A DNA stretch of 64,000 nt, from contig JARDVH010000106.1 of NCBI GenBank assembly GCA_030324005.1, positions 54,251,894-54,315,893 of the forward strand, in the 5' to 3' direction. The position numbers and the translations under genes were made by a program. The first letter of the stretch is position 1; every line of letters begins with the position of its first letter. The DNA is from Negaprion brevirostris. Its lineage: Eukaryota. Of the stretch, positions 35,726 to 49,173 are shown in pieces. A model generated the notes under the pieces. That model saw nothing but the letters and a program-made list of their open reading frames with translations. It searched no databases and was not told the DNA's origin.

Positions 35726-38379
35726 TCATCTCTGACTAATGTTAGCTGCTCATTGATATCAGCACTGATATACAAGTCGTCAACAGCATTAAAGTTCTAG
35801 GCCTTGCTTAGGAGTCAGTAGGTAGCCTGAGCACATATCACTCCTGGTTTCAGGGGCTCCATGGACTCCTCTGCTTAACTATTTAGAGGCTTATCATGAC
35901 GGTCTGCCACTGACTCTCTGNNNNNNNNNNNNNNNNNNNNNNNNNNNNNNNNNNNNNNNNNNNNNNNNNNNNNNNNNNNNNNNNNNNNNNNNNNNNNNNN
36001 NNNNNNNNNNNNNNNNNNNNNNNNNNNNNNNNNNNNNNNNNNNNNNNNNNNNNNNNNNNNNNNNNNNNNNNNNNNNNNNNNNAGAGTGAACCCTGCCCTG
36101 GTGCCAGTCCTCAGTCTCTCTTCCTTGATCCCTGGTGATTGCAGTTTCTTTCAGAGTAATAGTTTAAATGGGCACTTAAACCCCTGTTCTATTCACCAAC
36201 TGCTGTCAAGAATTGGTCACCAACCCACTTCTAGCCAGTTAACCCACTTTCATAAAAATCATGGGCTGAACTCCTTCACCCCCCAGGCTGGAGTCAGGAT
36301 CCAGAGAATGATTCTGGTATCAGTTTTCCAATCCTGTATGAAAGGTCCTATCCAAGAATGCCTTNNNNNNNNNNTAAAAAATAATTGAGTGCTGCAATGA
36401 GGGGACTGCAATGTGCTTCTGGTTAGACGAAATAATGTGGGTCAAATCGACTTCGTCATCCATAATTATCTTATGATCTTGTAACAGACACAATTGAGCA
36501 TTGACCCTGAAACTGTGAAAATATCTGGAATGAACAATCAGCCTAGTTTTCAGCATGTGTAGACCCACTACACAAATCTTCCTCTAATTTGGCATAAATC
36601 GCATTAAATTGGCAATCTTACTGCACTGAACCAGATGGACAACTATTATGGGAAATGGAAATGTTTAAACTTATGCAGCGTGGTATTTTTACAGGATGGT
36701 GCGGATACGACTTTTTTTGTATCCAACCACGCTGCACCTGACTTAGGAATACTCAATACATAACACTAGGTGAGGAAAGGTGTCTTTCACTGGCATTGAT
36801 ATCTCTTAGGTTAGTCTCCACAAAAATGTAAAAGAAACTGAATAAGATTTTAAACTAGTAATGCTGATAATTGAACAGCAATAGATTCAAAACGTACTGT
36901 TTTATTCAGTCATGGGATGGGGGCAGTGCTAGTAAGGCCACTGTTTATTATCCATCCTTGATGGGCGAAATGGGCTGAGTGTCTTTGACGAACACACAAA
37001 TTCACTGAAGAAAATTCAAGAGTTTCCCCCCAAGCCATGAAACACAGCATAGGTATCCGACGAACAGGTAATGAAGAATGATTAATTAATGGGTGCACAC
37101 TTAATTCACTTTATAACTATGTATTTGTCTTTATTGCAGGTTAAGATGGGCCAGCTGGCCTTCTGTTTCCGCACCATTAAACAAACTAATATGCTTATTA
37201 TTAATGACCTTGCGATTGCCAGCAAGTGTATCTGCCTCCTATTCAATCACAATAAATACAGATTCCTCGTTTGTCACTTGAGTATGATTTTTAGCTATTA
37301 GCTACTTGAAATTTTTTTTAGGTTACTTTTTCTCCCCGTTCTCATCCAATAATTAAATAGTGATCATTGTCTAAAATAAGCGGATTTGGTGAATATCCCA
37401 CTGATGTTTCAGCAGGTATTGGCTTGTTTTTCTGACTCCAGATAACTTATTTTGGGCATTTTTTTATTGGCTACCATCGGGTCAAGTGTCAGTAATCCAG
37501 CAGAACATGTATTCAGTGTATCCCAACTTGCTATTTCCAGCCATTTTAGGCACTTTTCATCAGTAATGCGCAAAGTGCATAGGTCACTAGATGGTTCAGC
37601 TGCTGTGTAGGATTCAGTGACTGGATATGGTTTTGTCTTCAAAGACATTTGTCATTGTCACAAAGGCCTTGCAGGTAAAGATTTTAGATTTTCCAATCTG
37701 CAATTTTACACAAGGCAGATTGGCAACATATGCAGAAGGCACGCCCAATCCTGCCAAATCCCATGGTCAGGCTGCTATTATGTGCTAGATGGCAAGTTAA
37801 CAGCTGAGCAACAGGAATGCCAACAAATTGGAGGATCAGGGCAGGAAGTAAGGCAGTGAATGTGGCAGGCGATGGCCAGGGAGGAACTGCTGTCAGGTCG
37901 GCTAAAGGTCTGCTGGCAGCAGACCCTCTGAGCAGCAGCATCAGAAGGGCAGGTGTACTGAGTGAGTAAGTGCTCCAGATAAAGGGGCCAACGCCATCTC
38001 TGACAGCTCAAATCCTGCTCAGATTCTCACCATGATTGTTGATTATTCCACTTGCATAACCATTGGTTAACCAAATGAAAAGGCCATGTAACCACCTCGC
38101 GGAGCAATCTCAGACAAATGGGCATGGCTGCCTCTACAGTTTGATAATGACTTCCTACTCTCCTTTAGGTTATGACTGAATGGCAAGAGCTTCTCCTCCC
38201 ATAGCAAGGGAAGAGGAGATGAATGTGTCTGACCAACCAACCCTGGACGGAGGTCACAGAAGGTCAATAGCCATGGGGTCATCCATAGGATCTGCTTCAT
38301 TGTCACAAAAGATGAATAGATTTCTCTGTGCTGTAAAGGAATGAGAGCATCCTCAATATTAAAGTGGGCACACACCTCT

Positions 38380-39200
38380 GGGAGGGTATGCTGTGTTGTG
38401 CATAGAAGTATTAGCCAGGAGCGTGGATGAGTGCGTCACACCTACCTGCAATGGCAATTCAAGGATTCAAAAAGGACCCACAATGCATGTGAGGAGATGT
38501 GGACCACTGGGTGAGAAATCTGATCTTTCTAACAAAATGGAGAAAGGCATCCTGGATCTGAAGGGAGCAGATGCATTGGACAAGAAGATCCAAAGTTAAT
38601 GCGGGGTGTTGAGCATCTGAGGGAATTGCACTTGGCGTGTGTGCGTGCATGCATCTCTCTGAGATGTAGCAGTGTTACCTTCGTTCTCTCTTCAACAGAT
38701 CATCTTCAGCTACCAGCCCTGAGGCACTGGTGTTCATCTCTGAGGAGGCCCTGTAAGGATGAAATATCCCATCCCCGCTCTACACCTTCCACATCACAGA
38801 TACTGCAGCTCGGTGGTTACGCATGTGTCAGCCAGTAAGGGTGCACAAATTGGTTTTAGCATCACAAGCCCTGGACCAGCTGCAGAGATTATGACATTCC
38901 AGCCCTCTGACCTAGACCAGAAAGATGCGGAGCCCCAGGCAATTGAGACACAGTCATCTGTGAGGGGGCATATTTTGGATGTCCAAGAGGAAGTATGTGA
39001 AGAATATGCATGTCCTGGCAAGGACAGTGGAGGAAGGCATCAAGGTCATGAGTGCTTTAAACTCTCCCTCATCCACATGTGTAGCTTCCTACATTGAGAG
39101 ACTAGCAACTTTCACGGAAAGCCACACCCAAGCGATCAATCAATGGATTCTGGGTTTAGATGCAGACCTTCAAGTTATTCCATTAATATTGAAGATAGTG
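38380..39200 (+). mobile_element. Possible PIF/Harbinger Myb/SANT-protein gene remnant
   Basis: Patchy 'EVLARSV...QFKD...GEKSDLSNKMEKGILDLKG' and a coiled 'LARTVEEGI...ASYIERLAT'. Heavily decayed. Confidence 0.35.
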
Positions 39201-39773
39201 TAGCGCAAGAGAGGGATCAGGTACCTGGTTTCACCATCAGGTCCCCAGCCAGCTCAGCTAAAGAGGGACAGCCATTTGGACTGCACGTTGATGGATGAGC
39301 TACAGTGTTCAGCATCTGGGAGTTTCCCTTGGGCGCATCTGATGGTGATAGTGTCTCCTCTGTCTCTCTGCCAGTGACGCAGTGCCTCTGGGTACCATGG
39401 CAAACCACTGGGCAGAACTCATGCAGAATTCCAGAGCCCTCAAGCAATCAGAAACCAAGCTACTCAAGTAATGCTGTTTAAAGCGCTGTGAGAATATTTT
39501 ATGACATGAGAGTAAACTGTTTGGTGATTAGTCAAATCTAACAAGATGACTTGAGTTTGTGGATCTGAATCCCTAAAACAAAGTGACACCACAGGATGCT
39601 GTTTATAACAGGAACTTGATGAAACAGCTGCAAGTGCCCAGATATAAGCAACAGATTTGTCACAACTATGAAGAAAGAACATAGATTAACATTTAGGTTT
39701 GGATCCTTTTGATTTTTCTTTGCATTGTGTGCTGGAGCAGACGAGTGAAGGAGCAGAGAGACAGATAAGAAAT

Positions 39774-40012
39774 TAAGAACATAAGAACATAAGAAATAGG
39801 AGCAGGAGTAGGCCATCCAGCCCTTCGAGCCTGCCCCGNNNNNNNNNNNNNNNNNNNNNNNNNNNNNNNNNNNNNNNNNNNNNNNNNNNNNNNNNNNNNN
39901 NNNNNNNNNNNNNNNNNNNNNNNNNNNNNNNNNNNNNNATTGAATGGCAGGGCAGGCTCGAAGGGCTAGATGGCCTACTCCTGCTCCTATTTCTTATGTT
40001 CTTATGTTCTTA
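39774..40012. repeat. Two outward-facing CR1 3' tails forming a ~63-bp inverted repeat around a gap
   Basis: taagaacataagaacataagaaataggagcaggagtaggccatccagcccttcgagcctgccc and its reverse complement, with one mismatch. Confidence 0.85.
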
Positions 40013-41479
40013 AATTGGTGACTTTCAGTTTTATTTTGATTACAGGGAAAAGCCCATTCTATTTGTAACTTAAATTAAGTATGTAAATTAGCTGCATGTG
40101 TTTATTTTTCCAGGATCAAATCAAGTTGGTTGCATCATGAAAATAATGTACTTACACATGTGCAATTAAATCCTGATGAATGTTTACTGAAACTAATTTC
40201 ACAGGGAAATCTTACAGTCAGTAGACTGATGAGTTCTATCCCATGGGCTGAGATGGATTTGAAATAATGTACCAGGGATGACACAAATCCACTGCACATC
40301 CTTCCACTTGACAATGAATCCTATTTAAAACATTGCTGTCCTCCAAAAAATAGAAGTTGCAGCATGAGCAAAGCTCCATGTCAAACTGCAGCTGCACTTT
40401 GAACTGTAATGTAAATAGAAATTAAAATAAAACTCAGTTCAACCATTAAATCCCAATGAGTTAGGATTTCATGTTCAGTTCTAGTATCTTCCCCATTAAG
40501 TCTAAGTGACAGTTACATGAATTTGTTTATTCTATTTGGTAAAACATGAGGCTAATATATATTTATCCCCTCGGCTGTAGTTCATTGGAGGGATATTTGT
40601 GAATTATGCTGCAAAATACAATAGCATTTCATTTAAACTTTAAGTTGACCCCTCACTGTTACGGTACAGTTTTTGCAATCTCTGCCGCTAACATCCACAA
40701 GAACTATAATTTACAGATTACATTCAGTGAATGAACATTCACAACCCGGAGGAACCGCCTCAGAATCTTCCAGGATGATATGGCCTCAGAATGTTCCCAG
40801 ATACCCATCTTCTTTTTCAGGAACTCCACCTTCTTTCTTGAATGGTGGGTCAGTGATGTTGAATGTCTTTTCAGTTGGGCACTTGGACACAATGGTGGAC
40901 AGCACACCATCCAGGCCTGTCATGCCACTGAATATGGCATGAAACACCTGATGGTGCATAATTAATAAGGTCAGGGCTGCAAAATTCGACACGTTTTTCT
41001 GCCAGCTTCCAGTGCAGGAAGCATTCCATGTTCCCAACCTGCCACATTACTTAGTCCCAAATGGAAGAATTCCCTCCATTTTGTGGATCAATATACATCT
41101 CTTTCATGTCTAGGATGTTATTTGAATACAGCCCTGACAGATGGGATGAAATTCTCTCATCTGCTGGCTTTCAGGATTATTCCATGCAGGTTTAATCTTG
41201 TTCGTGTAGTAATGAATCAGTTGGTCAAGAACCAGATGTTTAGCTCTGTTCAATCCTCACCCTTGCTCTTCAAATTAATTTTACTCCTGCTCCTTTACCC
41301 TCAAATCAAAAGATAATTAAAAAATATTGCAGGCAAATCATTACTGGTTCCAACTGGCATCTGTCTCATTGGCCTTTGGTGTGGACAGGACTGTATGTCA
41401 ACCACAATGTATGAGATTTATGTATTTTTAACACACAGTGGCAGTTGAGTTAGCCTGTGTGCGTGTAAATATTTTTGCT

Positions 41480-42057
41480 CCCCAATGTGCTACTACTTTC
41501 TCAGGAGGCTAAGGAAATTTGGCATGTCCGTTACAACTTTCACCAACTTTCACAGATATTACCAGAAAGAATGCTTTCTAAGGTGCATCACAGCTTGGTA
41601 TGATGCCTGCTCTGTCTAAGACCGCAAGAAACTACAAAAGGGTTGTAAACGAAACCCAATCCATCATACAAACCAGCCTCCCATCCATTGACTCCACCTA
41701 CACTTCCTGCTGACTCAAAAAAGCAGCCAGCATAATTCAGGACCCCACACACCCCAGACATTCTCTCTTCCACCTCCTTCTGTCAGGGAAAAAGATACAA
41801 AAGCCTGAGATCATGTACCAACTGACTCAAGAACAGCTTCTTCCCTGCTGCCATCAGACATTTGAATGGACCCACCTCACATTAAATTGATCTTCCTCTA
41901 CACTCTAGCTATGACTAAAACACTACATTCTGCACCCTTTCCTTTCCTTCTCTATGAACAATATGCTTTGTCTGTAGGGTGCGCAAGAAACAATACTTTT
42001 CACTGTATACATGTGATACATATAATACATGTGACAATTATAAATCAAATCAAAATC
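41480..42057 (+). mobile_element. Rex1/Babar-clade LINE 3' end
   Basis: 'YFLRRLRKFGMSVTTFTNF', 'CITAWYDACS..DRKKLQ', 'SIIQDPTHP...LLSGKRYKSL...LKNSFFPAAIR'; tail ...catgtgacaattataaatcaaatcaaaatc. Confidence 0.85.
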
Positions 42058-43429
42058 AGCTTAGCTGGACTTATGCATACGGAGGTGTGAAACAAATATT
42101 TGTAGGACTGTGACTTCCAGCTTGATAAGACATCTGATATGCTCAACATATACACTTCCACTAATACCCAAGCAACCTTGCACTAAAAGAAGGCTGATGA
42201 GCACACCTCCCACAATGACCATGTAAACATTCTGTGCAATGACTTTGTGACATATGTCTGAATGTTAATGCCTGAAAGTTTTAATTGGAAAACAAAATTC
42301 TAACTTTTGTTTACCACAAGGTGGTAGGGAGATCTCCATGTGCAATTTGATACAGATTGATAGTGGTGCTACAAAATGGCTGCACATTCATGCCCATGAG
42401 TACCTACACACACAATTGCTAATCTGATTTGAGTAAGTTGCTGAAATTTAGAACGGAGAAGCTAACCCAGAGAGACTGGAACACCTAAGGGAAAAATTGG
42501 AGTGTTAACCATAGTGGTGTGATTTTAATGTACCTTCAAGCAGCTGTCAAAAAGTGACTTAAGCTGAGTACTGAAAAGGCTACCATTCAGCCTCCAGATC
42601 AGATATTACTGCAGCCAAAAACAATAGCAAAATAATTAATTTATGTTTTTAGTAAAAAAGCTAGGTTGTCTATAATGAGAAATGTATGTAAGGCATTAAA
42701 ATGTAACTAAATTATTGATTATATTTGAGCACCATTGCACAACATTAAATAGGGAATATTCATGCATTTTTCAATAAATTTATACCATGATAATTTGCTG
42801 AAAAGTTCATATTTTCAATTACAATCAAAAGAGCGAGCTAGCTGTTTAATTTGGATCTAAAGTTTTTACCTGCATCTATCCTTCAAATAGCATCTTAAAC
42901 TTAAATTACTGTATTGCCTGCCCCCAAGTTAGATTTGCTCATTTTGGTTTTAAAATAACTGATTTTGATGTACATCACTCATAAGCGCAAGTGAGATTTC
43001 ACAAGTTTAAAGACATCTCTAAATCATGTTTCTTTTCCTATCAAAAATGTCCATTTTATTTCTCTATGTAGACATGCCTGATCCAATTGTGGCAATGGGA
43101 ATATCAAGTGTATACCCGGGGCATGATCTTGTCCTGAAAACATGTACAATTTACCACTTTAAACCACATACATAACACAGGGGCCATATGGATCTGTATG
43201 TGCTTCACTGTCCAATTATCATTAATGAAATGGCTGAACATCCCATTGTCTTCTTACCAAAGCTTTGTGTTTTCTGTTGAGCAGTTAAAGAAGTACATAG
43301 AGGATTGGAGGCCATGGTATATATACATATGCACCAGCATGAGTCTCTCTTAGTCAACTTCCGAATGTAGTTTTTTGCTTTTATCCCTTAAGCATTTCCC
43401 AAGCACAATGCAGAGAGGAGAAAAGATCT

Positions 43430-43535
43430 CATAAGAACATAAGAAATAGGAGCAGGAGTAGGCCATCCAGCCCTTCGAGCCTGCCCCACCATTCAATAAG
43501 ATCATGGCTGATCTGTCGTGGCTCAGTTCCACACT
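43430..43535 (-). mobile_element. CR1 3' tail
   Basis: cataagaacataagaaataggagcaggagtaggccatccagcccttcgagcctg...tcaataagatcatggctgatctg. Confidence 0.85.
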
Positions 43536-44132
43536 CCCACCCTCTCCCCATTCCAGTAACAGAGTCTGCCTGATTTTGATTCCATTTAACTTAATGATTG
43601 GAAAATAGGATGGGCTCCATTCCCATCGTGTGCACATACCCTACTCACCTTTTTGTCTGTTCTGCCTTAGTAGTGGTTTAATGTAAAAATGAATAGCCAC
43701 TCAAATCTCTCTTTTTTTCTTGCTTGATATCTTGCTTTCTGACACATTTACAGAATTGGTACTAGCAGGAGGAGGTTATTTGGCCTATTGTGTTTGTACC
43801 AACTCTTGAGATGAACGTCATGACTTAGAGCCATTCCCCTGCCTTTTCCTCGTACCCCTGCACATTGTTTATATTATGTCCCTCTTTCACTTTTTCATAA
43901 TGGTATTCTTTATCTGTTATTCATATCTGTGGAAAATGATGGAGTATGTAGATCAATAAAAAACGTCCAAGATATTCAACTGCTAATTATTTGTGTATTT
44001 CCTCATGATGTACTCGGCAATATATGTCTATGAGATCCCTGGATCTAAAAATCAAAGGCAGATCAAATTGAAAACTAATAAGCAGATTAGGCTTTTTGCA
44101 TTGTCCCTGAATGAGTGCTGTGCCCTTTGGTT

Positions 44133-44460
44133 AAAGTTTATTTATTATTGTCACAAGTAAGCTTACCTTAACACTGCAAAGATGTTATTGTGAAAATCCT
44201 CTAGTTGCCACACTCCAGTGCCTGTTCAGGTATACTGAGGGAGAATTTAGCATGACCAATCTGCCTAAGCAGCACGTCTTTTGATCTGTGGGAGGAAACT
44301 GGAGCATCCAGAGGAAACCTATGCAGACACAGGGAGAATGTGCAAACTCCACACAGACGGTGGCCCAGGTCGCAAATCGATCCTGGGTCCTTGGTGCTGT
44401 GAAGCAGCAGTGCTAATCACTGTGCCACCGTGCCACCCCCACCACTGTGCTACCGTGCTG
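44133..44460 (-). mobile_element. Full-length V-SINE (TAAA-tail subfamily) with a duplicated 5' terminal ~20 nt
   Basis: Tail, V domain and head are present. cactgtgccaccgtgcc is repeated as cactgtgctaccgtgct at ~44442-44459. Confidence 0.88.
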
Positions 44461-45194
44461 CTGTATATTGATAGACACATAGAAAATAGGTGCAGGAATA
44501 AGGCCACCTGGCCTTTGAGCCTGCACAGCCATCTCGCTCTCTCTCCATGCCCTTGATCACTTTAGCTGTAAGGGCCATGTCCAGCTCCCACTTGAACATA
44601 ATTTGAGCCATAATTTGCTGTAGAAAGACATCTAGCTGCAGCATTTGCCATCAGACAGACTTGCCATTGCATGTTTAGGTTTTAAATTGTTTGAATGACA
44701 AATTGCTGGAAGTGTTAATGCTGATCAAACAAAACTGGGCATCTGCTACCTGAGTGAGCAAAGCAAGCAACCGTGTACCTCCTTAGCTAATTAAATCGAA
44801 AGATTTTGAAACAGAAGCTAGTATAGAGTGAAATCTATGCCAAATCATTTATAGAAACAAAGAAAAAGAGACATGAAGTGGGAATCAATTAAGCTGGACA
44901 GAAGAAAAGTGATAGGAAGGAAATGTTCAAAACATCTAGAATTTAAAATTCAACATTTATTTTAAAATCTCCAACAAACAATTAAATGCTGAAGAAATGA
45001 TAGTTAACTTTCAGTACCAGATAGGTTAACTGGCAGTAATTAATCTCATCATTATAAAAAGTACTTTGACTTAAAATTACTTGCCAACTTTTTGTGATGA
45101 GTTTAATTTGTATCTACCACAGAGTACTGCAATTTCACGCTACTCAGTGAATTTAGTTCATTCGGTAGAGAGCCAAAGTGCCATTTTCATGGCA

Positions 45195-45838
45195 GCGGTA
45201 CATGCCCAGCAAATGAGGAAGGCAAATGATTTGTTGGCCTTTATATCAAAAGAAATGGAGTATAAAAATATGGAAGTCTGGTTAAAACTGTACAAGGCAC
45301 GAGTTAGGCCACACCCAGAATACTGTGAACAGTTTTGTTCCCCTTATCTAAGGAAAGATGTACCTGCATTGGAGGCAGGCCAGAGAAGGTTCATTAGGTT
45401 GATCCTGGGTACAGAGGGATTTTCTCTTGAGGAGAGGCTGAGTAGGTTGGGTCTGTATTCATTGGGGTTTAGAAGAATGAAAGCTCACCTTATTGAGAAC
45501 AGGATTCTCAGGAGGCTTGACAGGATGATGCTGAGAGAATTTTACTCTTGTGGGAGAGTCTAGGACCAAAATCTCAGAATAAGGGATCACCTATTTGTAA
45601 CAGAGATGAGGAGGAATTTCCTCTCTCAGAGGGTGGTGAATTTGTGGAATTCTTTACTGCAGAGAGCTGTGGAGGCTGTCTCTTTAGGTATGTTCATGAT
45701 CAAGATAGATGTTTAATCAGTAAGGCAATCAAGTGTTATGGGGATAAGGCAGGAAAGTGGAGTTGAGGATTATTTTATCAGATCAGCCATGATCTCATTG
45801 AATGGTGGAGCAGACTCGATGGGCTGAATGGCCTACTT
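45195..45838 (+). mobile_element. CR1 LINE 3' end
   Basis: ORF 45081..45563 'LYKARVRPHPEYCEQFCSPYLRKD...RRMKAHLIE'; tail gatcagccatgatctcattgaatggtggagcagactcgatgggctgaatggcctac. Confidence 0.9.
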
Positions 45839-46034
45839 CAACTAAAACAAATCTTAGACAGCAACACTTTGAGTTTTGAGTTTAACTGTACATCTTCCCT
45901 TGCTGGAAGTTGCCATGCCATGTGTACATGACTAAGAAAATGTATCTTTATCCTGGCCATTATTTTGACAATGAATTCTAGGTCACCATCTATGCTTCTT
46001 TCAGGCCACTTCCAGGTCACTGTCTATGCCTTTT

Positions 46035-46140
46035 AGTTTTGACAAAAGGCCATCTGGACTCGAAACGTCAGCTCTTTTCTCTCCTTACAGATGCTGCCAG
46101 ACCTGCTGAGATTGTCCAGCGTTTTTTCTCTTTTGGTTCC
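46035..46140 (+). mobile_element. Penelope-like pLTR remnant with a degenerate hammerhead
   Basis: ttgacaaaaggccatctggactcgaaacgtcagct...cagatgctgccagacctgctgag...tccagc. The CTGANGA core is mutated. Confidence 0.6.
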
Positions 46141-46204
46141 AGTTGACCATTCTGGGTTAACTGTCTGTATCTAATTAGGCAATGTTAAACATATCCTTAG
46201 CTTC

Positions 46205-46424
46205 CTCATGCAGGAAAAGTAATGGAGGACATGCCCCTGTCTACATCATTGGGGACGAAATGGCGATCGCCGAGAGCTTCAAGTTTCTAGGTGTCCAGAT
46301 CACCAATGACCTGTTCTGGCCCTTCCATGCCAACTCCATAGTTAAGAAAGCTTACCAATGCCTCCACTTTCTCTGAACACTAGGGAAATTTGGAATGCCC
46401 ACAATGACTCTCACCAATTTTTAT
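46205..46424 (+). mobile_element. Rex1/Babar LINE RT C-terminal fragment
   Basis: 'HAPVYIIGDEMAIAESFKFLGVQITNDLFW...IVKKAYQCLHFL*TLGKFG'. Confidence 0.8.
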
Positions 46425-46737
46425 ATGTTCCACTCTGGGACTGCCCAGTAGTAACGTCGGTTGGAATTGTAACAACGCAAATTTCACAATCTGCCATGGT
46501 GGGATTCGAAACTGGATCCCAAAGTGCGGCGGCAATGCAACTAGAGCACCCCAAAATCAGATCCCCTTCTCAGATGGCTGCTCCTTTTTACAAATGGAAT
46601 CCCAGACTTGTTTATTTCGATGTACCCAAAGAATCATTAGTCTTTTGAACTCTCTATCACAGAAAGAGTGGAAGTTGGGACAATGGATATATTCAGGGCT
46701 GAGTTAGACAGATCAATACTCAAGAGTTAGTTTAAAA

Positions 46738-47041
46738 AAGTTTATTTATTAGTGTCACAAGTAGACTTACATTAACACTGCAATGAAGTTATGGTGAAAA
46801 TTCCCTAGCCGCCACACTCTGGCGCCTCTTAGGGTACGTTGAGGGAGAATTTAGCATGGCCAATGCACCTAACCAGCATGTCTTTCAGACTGTGGGAGGA
46901 AACCAGAGTACCGGAGGAAACCCATGCAGACACAAGGAGAACATGCAAACTCTGCACAGACAGTGACCCAAGCCAGGAATCAAATCCGGGTCCCTGGTGC
47001 TGTGAGGCAGCAGTGCTAACCACTGTGCCACTGTGCCACCC
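46738..47041 (-). mobile_element. Full-length V-SINE (TAAA-tail subfamily)
   Basis: Complete tail, V domain and tRNA-derived head (gtggcacagtggttagcactgctgcctcacagcaccagggacccgg). Confidence 0.92.
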
Positions 47042-47359
47042 GAGAGGACCAGTCAGGAAAGTGAGGTTAAGTCCACAATCAAATTGGCCACATCCTTTAA
47101 ACAAACTTGATGGGCCAAAAGGCCAAATCCTCTTCCTACTTATGGCCTAATAATGTGATGAGAACACAACGCTAAACAGTAGACAATTGAAGCTCCTGCT
47201 CCGATATAATGGAGGTTAAAAATGACAAAATGAACCAGAGGAATTAAATTTAGAACAAAAAAATGACGTTAGATTTTGGAATCAGCAATATATTTAAACC
47301 ATAGGAAGTAACACAAACTGCATGTGTAATGATATTCTGGCAATAAGAAAGGATTCTGA

Positions 47360-48000
47360 TAGACATTGTAGCACAGCTAAACAGGCACTATTGGATTAAT
47401 AAATTAAGGGATGAATGGGCACGGATGATCAATGCATTAATAGAGCAGGTGGCATCAGTATATATATAAATTGATATTCCAGCAAGCGCATAAGAAAATT
47501 AAAAAGAAATAATGGAGCAGCAAGCATCAGTAGCTGATAAATGAATATAACAATCAGCTCCAGTGAACTCAATGGAAAAGTGGACAGCATTGAAATAATA
47601 AATTCATACAGCGGTGGGCAACCAACAGTTCAATAGATTAATGCACAATCAGCAGAGCAAGAAATCAATGAACTAATGATGCAGCAGGCACCAGTGAGAG
47701 AACAACAAATCCATATGTCAATGAAGCAACAGGTAGAGCAAGGAATCAATAATTTAACAGAGCGCTGGGCACCGGACAAGTTACACATTTATGGAACAAC
47801 GAAGCAATCAAGTTAACAGAGCAGAAGCCCTTCAGTGAGGCAAAGCAACAAGGAGAACACCAAGAAATCAGTGCCCATAGCAATCATGGAAATCATCAAA
47901 AATTTAAGACCATTCTGCCCATTGTGTACATGTCAGCACAGTGGGTGCCAGCGAATTACTGAGGGCACTCAATAGACAGTGAAACACTACCAGATAAATA
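47360..48000 (+). repeat. Degenerate minisatellite-like array (~40-bp unit)
   Basis: Recurring (a)atcaat.aattaa(t/c)agagcag.(a/g)ggca(c/t)cag motif. Confidence 0.5.
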
Positions 48001-48589
48001 GGGTAGTGAGGAATGGGCATGTCAGTNNNNNNNNNNTCTACTTTTCAAAGTGGCTTTAAAAATGTGATTATAAAGATTCTTGCTGTATTAAAATTCAATG
48101 TATGGCTCAGTTACCAGAGGGGAAGGCCACTGGAGGAAAGTTCCCAGAATGCTGCAGCTAAGTATAGGGTCAGAGGTCATAGTGTTGAGTGGTGTTAAAC
48201 GGGCTGCAGGTCTGAGGTAGTAACGTTGAATGCTGTCACAAATTTGGGCGGTCAACCATTTGCACTAACAAGAAATACAATCAGGGTGTGCAGGCCAGAA
48301 TGGATAGCTATGTGAGGGATGTCCTATGAGAAATTGAAAATTTGGTTCCCAACTCCTGACAAACAAATGGGGAAGACTAAACAAACCTGTGGAAAAATCA
48401 AAATGGCTTCAGAACCCTCTGGGGAAAACGTAAAGTTCTGACCTGTTTGCCTTTAACAAATCTGTGCTGATTTTCCAATCGCCAGCTAACTTTGGCCCGG
48501 ATTATTGTCTCTGAACGTTTCTCCATCACTGATGTTCAGCTGCAGTTTCACCCTCTGCCCATTTTCCAACAGTGCAGTGGACACCTTGT

Positions 48590-49173
48590 TGTCCAAGTGA
48601 TGAGGACCATCAGAGGATACAGCAGGATATAGATCGGTTGGAGACTTGGGCGCAGAGATGGCAGGTGGAGTTTAATCCGGACAAATGTGAGGTAGTGCAT
48701 TTTGAAAGGTCTAATACAGTTAGGAAATATATAGTAAATGGCTGAACCCATAAGAGGATTGATAGGCAAGGGGATCTGGGCGTACGGGTACACAGATCAC
48801 TGAAAGTGGCAATGCAGGTGGAAAAAGTAATCAAGAAGATATACGGCATGCTTGTCTTCATTGGCCAGGGCATTGAGTTTAAAAATTGGCAAGTCATGTT
48901 GAGCTTTACAGAACCTTAGTTAGGCCATACTTAGAGTATAGTTTCAATTCTGTTGCCACACTACCAGAAGGATGAGAAGGCTTTGGAGAGGGTACAGAAA
49001 AGATTTACCAAGATGTTGCTGGTATGGAGGGCACTAGCTATGAGGAGACATTGGAGAAACTTGGTCTGTTCTCATTGGAACGACGAAGATTGAGAGGCGA
49101 ACTAAGTCTACAAGATTATGAGAGGCATGGACAGAATGGATAGTCAGAAGCTTTTTCCCAGGGTGGAAGAGTC
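48590..49173 (+). mobile_element. CR1 LINE ORF2 fragment
   Basis: 'QQDIDRLETWAQRWQVEFNPDKCEVVHF', 'QGDLGVRVHRSLK', 'LERVQKRFTKML'. Confidence 0.9.

Noticed and set aside
40690-41040. Overlapping short ORFs in unique-looking DNA
   Set aside because: No recognisable domain and no consistent splice sites.
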